64,000 nt of DNA, taken from Polymyxa betae A26-41. Lineage: Eukaryota; Protista; Endomyxa: Phytomyxea. Position 1 is the first letter of the stretch; every line of letters begins with the position of its first letter. Positions 1 through 10,657 of this stretch are shown here, in pieces. The DNA lies in the NCBI GenBank assembly GCA_003693705.1, contig RBZT01000423.1:62001-126000 (forward strand). The letters run 5' to 3'. A model generated the notes under the pieces. That model made no database searches and was not told where the DNA came from. It was given only the letters and a program-made list of their open reading frames with translations. Made by a program: the position numbers and the translations under genes.

Positions 1-615
1 TCCCGCGCCATTTGACGGTTGCTGTAAAAGCTCCTAAGTTTGCCAGCCCCAAACAGATTGTCGACCTTGTCGGATACGCCAGAAATTTTGGCATTCCCGA
101 ATTAACTATTTATAATACCTGCAATTGGAAGCAGGCTTTGGATGATCTCTCCGATGTTATTGGAACCAACGTTTTGATTATAAGCGAAAACGAATCAGTT
201 CACATCGACCACGATGGAGTTGTTGCAATTGTAGATACGGTGTCTATCAGCGACCAGTTCGTTCTAAGAATGATTCCTTTTGATTACGAGCAAAGGTCCG
301 GCCTGAAAGATTTCCTTGTTGACAATCCTGAGCCTAACAAAACTATTCGAGGTGTGCTCGGAGAATATTGATTCAGATAGAATGCTGAGATTGTCCTTAG
401 ATAAATGGCAATTGCATAATAATGGTCTGCCTGATCTGGTATTAATCTGTGACGGTGCCGTTGCCTTCAACAGTATTTCTCTCTCTGGATTTCCATCATG
501 GCTACTAAAGACAGCTGAACTCGGTTCTCTGCCAGATCTTGACACTGTACGGAAAGGACATCTATACCGCGAGCTTGTAAAATATTCCAAATCGACACAG
601 AAATTTGGCCATTAA
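1..615 (+). CDS. NUS1: Dehydrodolichyl diphosphate synthase subunit NUS1/NgBR homolog, 5'-truncated by the window edge; probable short intron near 296-332
   Basis: ORFs 12-371 (IVDLVGYARNFGIPELTIY) and 316-615 (PDLVLICDG...SLSGFPSWLLKTAEL...LVKYSKSTQKFGH*) match the Nus1/NgBR pattern PDL...LxGFxPW.I..TE...Y...Q(R)xG(K). The exact splice is uncertain. Confidence 0.8.
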
Positions 616-676
616 GTTTAGGCAAACAAAAAATAATCTTTCTTTTGTTTAGTCAGTATTATGATGCTTGATATTG

Positions 677-1498
677 TTAATGGAATAAGAACATAGGATC
701 ACGCTTAAATTTGACCTATTTTTGATTAGCGAACGGCAGCTCTTTACTATGAGACTACCAACCTCAAATTTGGCAAGCCACCTGTCAATAGCATCGGGCG
801 GGACTTGTAGTGTATTTCTTAGAGGATCGAGGCTAAATGAACCAATAAAAGTGCAAAGGTCGCGAGCAATGGCAACTGCTAAAGTCGCATGGGTCGCTGC
901 TCTTTGCTCCTACCAGAAACGGTTTATAGAAGGTGCCTAAGTTTGAAGAAAATTCTACCTCGGCTTTCTCGTTAAGATTATTGATAAACTGCTCGGTTTC
1001 TATCGAAATTCCGATAACAATTTCCATGGGATCTCCAGCTGTGCAATACCAATTGGGTACGCAAGCTAGCTGTGCAGTCGAAACTTACATCGACTGATAG
1101 AGGAAGTTACTGCAACAGATGTAGAAGGTCTTAATGGACTGACACTACCGACGAAAGTATAATCGGTGATGGGAGCTTGCGCCAACTATAATAATTTAAC
1201 TTTCAACGTCTCGATGGAAGCCACATTTACCTGAACGTTAGCGTATATTGCCAAACCGTGACCGATAGGTATCATGTCTGATCGAAGAAGGCAAATCGCA
1301 ACTGTTCTGTTTACCATAATTAGAACCAAGAGACTACAGCGAATAGAGCTAGTACGCAGCGATGATTTACCCGAGCTCTTTTGTGGTAATCGACGGTGGC
1401 AACGGAATTCGACAAACAGCGGTCGTAGGTCCCGAGCTTTCAAAATGAGTCTGCAGTGGCAGACCAGGTACGACCACAGCTATGAGATTATCAGCCAT
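677..1498 (-). CDS. Hikeshi/OPI10 family protein (Hsp70 nuclear import carrier), multi-exon
   Basis: Spliced minus-strand reading: MADNLIAVVVPGLPLQTHF...VAICLL...GHGLAIYANV...YTFVGSVSPLRPS...IVIGISIE...QVPPDAIDRWLAKFE|VKFKRDPMFLFH*. The motif order matches Hikeshi (GRLVQT, GxVxxxKPS, IGISVE, KWYxxF, NPxF). Confidence 0.8.
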
Positions 1499-2147
1499 AT
1501 TATCGCCGCTATGACTTGGCCAAGAGGTCTTTGAAATGATTCAACGCCTTTGAGATTGAATTAAAAACGTTCAACATCACGATTCGAAGTCAACGGCAGT
1601 CCGCGCGGAACCTTCCTGATTCCATGTTGAACGTGATTTCGTCAAAGGAGTGAAAGGACAACCCTGCATTTCACAATAATAAAAACATCGATTTCATGGT
1701 TCTATTTCGCTGGAAAAGACGGTATCTGATCGCAAATCGCATCTAGACAAGAGCACTGAGGTCCATTCCGAATAAAAGAGATAAGGCAAAGTTGACGAAT
1801 AGTAACCATGGCTTTTCATCTGAGTTTTTACTAGAGCAGTTCACGATTTTCATCTTGCATCGTCAGTTTTCTAAATTAATATGTAAAATTTGGAACTTTA
1901 AAAGCTGGATTCTGCTGTCTGTTATTCAAGGGGTCCACAACCATTGCGCAATTTTTAAAGTCACGGACAAAAGAATTCACCTTTTTTACAAGGAATTGTG
2001 TTTTTTTTTTTTATTTCGGAAACTCGATTCTACGTTTATGAAGCTATCAAAACCAATCATTTATAAATGCCAACAATTTTCCACTATCCCACTCTTAGAC
2101 CACCCTGACTGGTTAGCCGATCGGGCTTGCTTAATCTCTTGCCGATC

Positions 2148-2529
2148 ATGGGACGGTCAAAAGCTGCCAAAAGACGACAGATCAAGTTACGACAGCAGCA
2201 GACATTGACTAAATGGTCTGTGTTAATGCTTAATGGAGAGGCATCTGCAGCAGCAGGTTTCTTGTTTTCATGTGAACCATAAATAACTTATATGTGGCGA
2301 AGAAGTCGGCATGACCGAGTTTTGGGCAAAAGATGCTATAGCCGCAGCAAAAAAAGTTTTTCGTCAGTCCAAAGCGGCATCCAAAATCACTATAGCTTCA
2401 TCCGAAGGACAAAAATTTGAGTTTGACGTGACTGCTTTTTCGTTAACTCAAGAACGGAAACGAACAGAGTTCCGAAGACGTTCGGGTCTTACTAAGCTGG
2501 ATCAAGCTATGGAATTACTGGAACTTTGA
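2148..2529 (+). CDS. Small basic hypothetical protein, probably 2 exons
   Basis: ATG 2148 (MGRSKAAKRRQIKLRQQQ...) can splice in frame via gtttc...gaag to ORF 2311-2529. No family recognised. Confidence 0.4.
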
Positions 2530-2696
2530 TTTTTAACCTCAAAATTTCATCATTCTTAATATTTATGCAATGCCATTGGCACTTGATTAAATTTATAGCA
2601 AGTATCATAATAGTACGGTAACGCGTTGGAAGTTGAATCGGCCCAAAAGGCAGCGAGTATTTTATTAGCAAACTCTGAAAATGCAACGTCAATAAT

Positions 2697-3400
2697 TTAC
2701 TGAAAAGCAATATCAAATGACCGATAAGGAACACAGAGACATGCGATCTTACCGATTCATCAGCCCATTTGTTCTCGGCTCGCACCGCTTCTTCCTCTTC
2801 AGGGGTAAAATCACTGTAAAACAGGTAGTTGACAAAGGGTGTAACGATAGCTCACCGACTTACTTTACGATGTTGAACAATTTACGAATCTCCTCAGGTG
2901 ATTTACCCTTCAACATCGTGGCAATTTTAGCGCACGTCAGGTCAAGCATTGGCCTCACGACCATATAGTTGGCAGCCAGAATCATATCAAACAGAACGTT
3001 TTGAGGAACATCAACAAACTCGGCATCCCATGGGTCATCAGCGACCTAGGTCAAGGAAAACATGTAAACACATAAACTGAAAAACATCCAAATACTCTCA
3101 TACCTCGCGCATGTTGCTTGATTTCAAAGGTTTTTCGATATCCTTGGCAGGATTGTTATGGTGGTAACGCATATATTTGACAACCTTTTCAACGATGGCG
3201 CCGTTGACGTGCAGTAGCGGGAACTCAGTCGCCTCCTTGTCCGTCTCTGTCAGTTTCTTGATCAGGTCGGACTGCATCAGGACGCTGCGCTCGACTTCGA
3301 ATCGCTGTCCGTCTTTCGAAACCAGCGTCAAGGTGACGTCGGCAATGTCCTCATCAAGGCCCTTAATATCGTCACTGATGATACCCTTCTCTTCGGCCAT
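2697..3400 (-). CDS. SKP1: SKP1 (SCF ubiquitin ligase adaptor), 4 exons
   Basis: [15 protein letters not shown]...[16 protein letters not shown]...|[25 protein letters not shown]...[26 protein letters not shown]|[20 protein letters not shown]: classic Skp1 BTB domain and C-terminus. Confidence 0.97.
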
Positions 3401-3715
3401 TTTGAAGTAATACTACAGATATGAGACAGTTGAAAATATGGCAGGAGGCCGTGCTATAAATCGGTCCACCTCACCGACTCACGCAATTCCAATTTCTACA
3501 ATTTAGGGTTCGATACAGTATGTGTTACGTATATGTATTGGACTGTCATCTTCTCCCTCATGAATGTATGTATATACAGTATGCGGTGCTGACATGTTTG
3601 TTCAAATTCTCAGCAATCCAGGGTTCTGCCGTTTACAAGTAAACGTCACTTCACAGACGTCGCACATACCTAGATCATCCTGCACAGTCATGAAAGACAT
3701 CAATTGGTCTCTAGA

Positions 3716-4776
3716 ATGAAGAAAGTTGATAAAAACGTCTTTATTAGCGATAGCGATACAAAACATATGCCTGGTTTCAGTAAAGATCCACTTCTCTCCT
3801 TTACATCCACTTCAAAGCAGCGATCGTGGTCCCAAAAACTCAGTGGGTTTTTCGGATGTGTTCATTCTGCGCTCGTCGACGATAATCGAATTAAACATCA
3901 CAAACAAGATACCATTGTAATGCCAATTATAGTGTTTATTTTTAGCTAAATATTGCAGCAGAATATTAACGTGTATTTACCAAAACTACCAAACAGTCGG
4001 CGAAGAACCTTAATTCTTGATTTGGATGAGACATTAGTTCACAGCTCTTTTGTTCCTATACGAAACTATGATATCCTCATTTCTGTCGAAATAACGGGTC
4101 GTCTTCAAAATGTCTATGTTAAGAAGCGCCCTCACGTCGATGAATTTCTGTCTCGAGTCAAGGATCTGTATGAAGTGGTCATTTTCACTGCCAGTTTGCC
4201 TGTGGTTAGTTTTAATATCTTTTTTCCAACTTCCACTAATGCTGTGGCAGTATGCTGATCCAGTTATAACCCAGCTTGACGGAAATAGAGTGGTAAGGAA
4301 ACGTTTTTGACCCAGTTAAGGAAAAATGACATTGAGTGCAGGTTTCCTATCGCTTATTTCGGCAGCATTGTATTCGGACGGAAACAGGATACGTCAAAGA
4401 TCTGAGTTATCTAGGCAGAGACCTAGACGATACGGTAATTGTAGATAATAGTCCTCAATCATATTCACGACAACCTAACAACGCTGTCCCTATTTCTTCA
4501 TGGTTCGGTGACAGCGAATCAGATCGCACATTAATTGATATTGTAAAACAGTAATCGTCCATATCGCGAAAACTAACCTTGTGGAAGGTATTACCTGTAC
4601 TTGAAGAAATCGCCAATCACAAAGGGAGTGTCTATGAATGCACGAGACGCTTCTCTTTATCAAGTGCAACAGATATCAGTTGGTTCACCGATCAGGAAGG
4701 CAAGCTGAACCTTGACAAAGAAGATGATAAAATAATCGCTTCCATGCTGTCCCCAGCTGCGCTTAAGAATCAATAA
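3716..4776 (+). CDS. SCP/CTDSP-like HAD phosphatase (FCP1/NIF domain)
   Basis: [34 protein letters not shown]|[41 protein letters not shown] across about 5 exons. Confidence 0.93.
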
Positions 4777-4879
4777 CATAACCATATTAGCTTTAAATCC
4801 CATTTGTTAGACAATGGAAAGCGATATTTTGGCACGCGTCATGATTGTCATTTGAGCATCTCCGATTCAAAGCGACGTG

Positions 4880-7800
4880 ATGGAAATCATCAAGTCAAAA
4901 GTAATCGGTGTCAATGACCTGGTATTGCTTCACAATGCCAATGAAGAGCAAGTCGTCTCGAATTTACAGCAGCGTTATGCCGCTGATTACATCTATGTAT
5001 GTATCAATAACATTATATCATTCTCTTGCTTTGGCGATATATATTATTAGCTCACTCACTCACATACATGTCTGAACGGAGAAGAGTTACTTCTTTCTCC
5101 GATATTATTCCACTTGCATCGAGTGTTTCGCATCTAAGCTGCTATACAGACTAATATCGGGCCGGTTTTGATCGCTTTAAATCCATTTAAGCAGATTCCT
5201 GGCATTTATACAGATGCCGTTATCAGGAAGTACAAAGGTAACTGTCAAATCACGATGAGTAGAGATTGTATGGGTTCTCACAAAACAGTTCAGGACGAAA
5301 CGCCTTTGAGCTCGCCCCTCACGTCTATGCCTTGGCAGATCAAGCTTTGAGAAACTTAAAATCATACAAGGAAAGTCAATGTATAATAATTACAGGGGAA
5401 AGTGGCTCAGGAAAGACAGAAGTAACCTACTGTTTATCCATTTCCGTCTTTCGCTCATGCATTATCACCTTAGACATCAAAGATTGTCATGCAGTATATA
5501 GCTGCATGTACGGGTAAATCTGCCGATGTTCTTCAAGTTAAAGAGAAAATGTTAGCATCGAATCCAGTACTGGAAGCATTTGGGAATGCTAAGGTCGTTC
5601 AGAAAATTTCATGCAAAGGTTACAACGCTAATTGCGATTTAGACGCTTCGAAACGATAACTCCTCCAGATTTGGGAAATACATGAAAATTGAATTCAATA
5701 CCAGGGGTAATGAGGCCATTGTCAAATCCCGTCCTAATATATAACTTGGAATTTTAGGTGATCCAGTTGGTGGCTCAATATCCAGTTATTTACTCGAAAA
5801 AGTTCGAGTCATAGACCCCAATCCAGGCGAACGTAACTTCCACATTTTCTATCAGGTATCTATCTGATTATATAATGCATGCGGGTTTGGGATTCCTCAT
5901 TGCTTGTTATTCCAGGTTTGTGCTGGCGTCCAGGAACATACTCGTCAGCGATTTCAGATATACCAACCTGAGCAATACCAATGTTGGATCATATCTATTC
6001 CTCAATCCTTCGTGCTTACAGAGTTGCAGATCTGGCTCAATCCAAGTGCTTCACTGTTAATGGCACCGACGATGCTAAGAATTTTTCTGAGACCATTCAA
6101 GCTTTGACTGCATTAGGTGAAATAGATGTCATACTTGCTAAAGTTTCTGAATCTGGCTACAGGTGCATCTAAGGATCAGATTGGCTCCCTGCTTAGTGTG
6201 ATATCAGCCATTTTATGGCTAGGCAATGTCACCTTCGATGAGGATCAACAAGAGCAATCATACGTTGCCGACCAGAATACGATTTATTTGGTTTCAGAGT
6301 TACTTCAAGTTGGTATCATTGGTCTCACAAATTTTGTGGTTTAAAGTCGATGCAGCTTGACGCCAACGAGTTAATAAGTGCTCTAACAACAAGGACGATT
6401 GAGACCGGTGTGGGTGCTCGTGTTGAAAGGTTTGTTAAACCTCTAACATCAAATGACGCGTGAGATCTACCTAAAACGTGAAAAATAATAATTTCATATT
6501 ATGTATCACTAGCTATATAACAAGAGACACTTTGGCCAAGGCTCTATACTCCAAAATGTTCAGTTATATTGTTAAATTGGTTAATTCCTCTTTAGCTAGA
6601 GATGCTAGATTCAACAGTGAGATTGTTCATATTGGTAATCATCAATGGCTGTCCTAAACGCGAGTAATAACATATTCAACCTTAGGATTACTTGATATCT
6701 ATGGGTTTGAAGTCTTTAAGAACAACAGCTTTGAACAGCTTTGTATCAATTTTGTTAATGAAAGACTTCAGCAAGTGTTCATTGAGCAAACCCTACGAGC
6801 TGAACAGGAAGAATACCAAACTGAAGGAATCCCCTGGCAGGTCTGTTACATAATTTACACATTACTTAGAACATATTTATAATTATGTTTTAATCTACGC
6901 TCAGACTATTCAATTCTATGATAACAAGCCTTGCTGTGAAGTTATCGAAGGCAAACCAGGTGTTTTCTCTATTTTAGATGATGCATGCAATACTGCAAAG
7001 GGTGATGCCGGTTTCTTATCTGACATCAACTCGTATTTTTCTGGAAACAACTTCATCTGGTGTGGTCATTGTGCTGAATAATTTGATGGATTTAACGAAA
7101 CATTCTTCAGGTGCTCGAATGGAAGGGAGTTTGTAATTGCCCATTTTGCTGGGAATGTTTCATACTCTGCCCAGAATTTTACTGCTAAAAACAAAGACCA
7201 ACTTTTTGATGATCTCATTCAGTGTATTCAACGGTCAGCACTCACTTTCAGATTGCATCTCAAAGTGATTTTTCAATATCAGGAGCTCAGCCTCATTCGT
7301 CCAAGATCACGATTGGGATAAAATTGAAACCGCAAAAGGGCAGAAGAAGAAACCACCCACAGTTGGAATGTTAGCATAACATTGCATAGGACTCTTGCTT
7401 GTTACTGAATACGTTGCAGGATTTTCAAAGGCCAAGTCATTGAGCTGATGAAAGAGCTGGGCCGATGCATTCCACATTATTGTAGATGCATAAAACCAAA
7501 CGAAACTAAGCGAGCTAAAGAATTTGATGTCGATTATACCAGGAGTCAAGTTCAGGTATAATCCTGTAGACGTTGTTTGTGTGCTTGGATAAAGTTTGCT
7601 TCCAGTATCTCGGACTCGTGGAAAATATTCGTGTTCGGCAGGCAGGTTATGCACAGAAATATTCTTATGACAAATTTGTTGGTCGATATGGTCAGAAGAT
7701 TGAAATTATTTGGAATCGAAACTGATTCTGTATAGCGTTAATATGCCCGGCGATCTGGAACGCACGAAGATCAGGCTCTCTGAACGATAAGCAGAGGGCA

Positions 7801-10400
7801 ACATCTGCCATATTGCACTACATAAAGTGGACAAAAGGTTTTGCTGATTTTCATTTGTTAGAGAATGTTATTTAGAATCTGCTTCAGGGGAACAATTTGC
7901 CTTGGGGCACACGAAGCTGTTTATTCGCTTCGCCAAGTCGGTTATCGAATTGGAAACTCAGCGTGATGCATTGATAAATAGGGCTGCTTTAATTATACAG
8001 CGAGCATTCAAGCGATTTTCAAATCAAAGAAAATCTCTTGAAAACGCCTGGGACTGCTATAGTGTATTGAAGACGTTGCCTCTTTTTTTGCTGTTAACTT
8101 CATTTTTTGTAGACATTTGCTCAGAGGAAAGAGAGACGTCGAGCTTCTGTCAATAGATTCCATAAAGGCGACTATATCAATCTGTGTCTGAATTTGGAGG
8201 TCAGAGATCTTTTCAAAGATGAAGGGATCATATTTGCAGATAGGACGCTTGATATTGGTTTAAAAGGTACGACACTATTCAAGTCAAAATATGTTATTGA
8301 TCTCGATTTCCAAAGGAAAACGTGGTTTACTTAAGCGTTTTAAAAACGCGATTCTCAAGAAATCTGAAGTGATCCGAACAAATAAGTTTATTGTCTTAAC
8401 GAACAATTCTCTGGTGAGCGCTTCGTAGTTGTTCGCAGATGACATCTAATTTGGCAACAGTATTGCCTCTCTATGACGCCTCCATCAGAGGTTACCGGTT
8501 TCACTCAAAGAATGGTTGTCGACTGGCGCCTTGACTTACAATCTATTGCTTCCATTATCATGAGCCCATACAGTGACAATGTTTACATAATCGAGTCGCA
8601 TGCTGGAGTTCCGATTATGCAGAGGTATCCAGGCTTTAATGTTGTATTCGGGGAATGATATCCATTCATCTATAGTTGTCGAAGAAAAACTGAACTCGTG
8701 GGACTGACGCTTCGTCAGATAAAAAACATCATTGGAGCTTCACCACCCTTGCAAATTCTTGCTACTTATCCGATGCCAGTTATGTATAAAAACCGGAAAT
8801 CAACTCTACAGGTCAATTTTTGTCAGATTCAGGGTAAATTGCATTGTAGATATCGTTTTGAAAACCTAAACTCCTGGTTTCAAATAGACCAAAATGCAGA
8901 AGAGCAACTATACGTTGATAATGATAAGATCGAGATTCGAATTGGGAGAGGTATTCCTAGGACCCAGTTCCCGGCTCCAGTCAAGCCTAGGGTAAGGAAA
9001 GACTTTAAGCAAAGCGTCTCATGACTGATCCTCTTAAATGGCAGGAACTCGACAGATCGATAGCAGTCAGAGATCGAATTCAGGCACTTTATGATTATGC
9101 TGGTAACGGCATCGATGAGCTCACGTTCAAAGTAAGAGAAGCTCATAACGCCACCTCATCATTATTTTAAATTCTGTTAGACTGGCGACATCATGTACTT
9201 GATCAGTGACGAAGGTGACGGATGGATGAAAGCTGATCTTAATGGACAGAGCGGGTTTGTTCCTGCCAATTATGTTCAAGCAATTCAAAGAAATCAGCGA
9301 ACACAAGGTCAGTCAGAGACATAAATTCACCTCTTTAAACAGGTTAAAGACTTCTTCAGATACCTCCAACAATAGAAAGGAAGAGAAACAATATGGAGTT
9401 GCAGCTGGTCCAGTTTCTGAAGAGGTATAGTACGAAAGTAGTCGTAATTTGTTTTATGCTTGAAAGTTTAAGCTTTGATTTATAGAACGCCACTGCAGAT
9501 CAGCAGGAAAATATGGCGAGAAATCGCCCTGCTGGGAATTATAACAAGCAATCACAGATAGCAGATTCATATGCTGGAAATGATAACAAGGCGCAGTACA
9601 AGAATTCTGCTTCCAAATTTAACACTGAAAATACGGCGGTGAAAAGGAATTTTGAGAGCCCTACCTCGAATCGTAATCCTCAATTTATCAACAAGAAGAA
9701 CCAGGAAGATCACGATGGCGCCGATAAAGCTCAGAAGTTTAATGCCAAACAGAACTCTCCTGGTTATCAAGTTAATGATCAACAACACCGTCCAGTACAG
9801 GACAGATTACCTGATAAAAGGGTTCGAAATCAAAGTAAGTTTTTCAATGAATTGTGAGACACGAAGATAATCCAATTGCAGGTAAAACGAACAATACAAG
9901 CTTGCAGAATCAGGTGCAGGGAAAGGGATCAACTCGAACAGGTCAGCAGATATCAGCGACAAACACAAATAGTCATGTAAGCATCAGCATGTTTGAGACC
10001 AAATTTCGCTCGCTAACAATCTGTTAAGTCGAGCGGCTATCAAACTGGTGCGAAGTCGTATGCAGCAACTGTAGGATGCTAATCTTGTCTCTTTTCATGC
10101 ATGAAATAACTGCAACATCGTAGGAAACCTCCAGGCAATCATCTCAAACACGGACAAAAGACAACAGGCAACAGAAGAATGATTATATTAGTATGTTGGT
10201 TATTCCGAAATCCAGACATATAATAATGTCCATTCAGACGATCATGAAGCTGAGCAAGAATCTAAATGGCAACCATACTTTGACGGTATTGTTTCAGAAA
10301 CCCGCAACAAAATCCTGACTTTTAAATTGCAGATGCTTCAAACGCCTACTATTGGTACAACTCAGAGACGGGTGAATCTTGTTGGGAAAAGCCAAAATAA
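4880..10400 (+). CDS. Class I myosin: motor, IQ, TH1, SH3, N/Q-rich linker, C-terminal WW; more than 25 exons
   Basis: GVNDLVLL N-terminus, P-loop [17 protein letters not shown]|[42 protein letters not shown] (IIQRAFKRF), TH1 start [19 protein letters not shown]3 ALYDY...ELTFK|TGD...GWMKA...[16 protein letters not shown]|[22 protein letters not shown]. Confidence 0.93.
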
Positions 10401-10657
10401 ACCAGTCGATTTTAATGATGGCCCTCTGTATCTCTAAGCAGAGGTAACCTTGTTAAGGGATATTGAAAGTGTTAGGTAATTGCAGTAACGATTGATTGGT
10501 GGGAAGTGATGGCTCGAAAGTGTGTCTACAGACCCCGTGGCCTGAACCCGCAGGCCGCAAGCCCGCACCTATGTAATGATTGGTCCAAGTTGTGCGCTGA
10601 TAGAGCCCACTTATTAATGTGGCAGGATCTGCACCGGATCGTTCCGGTGAATGACGG

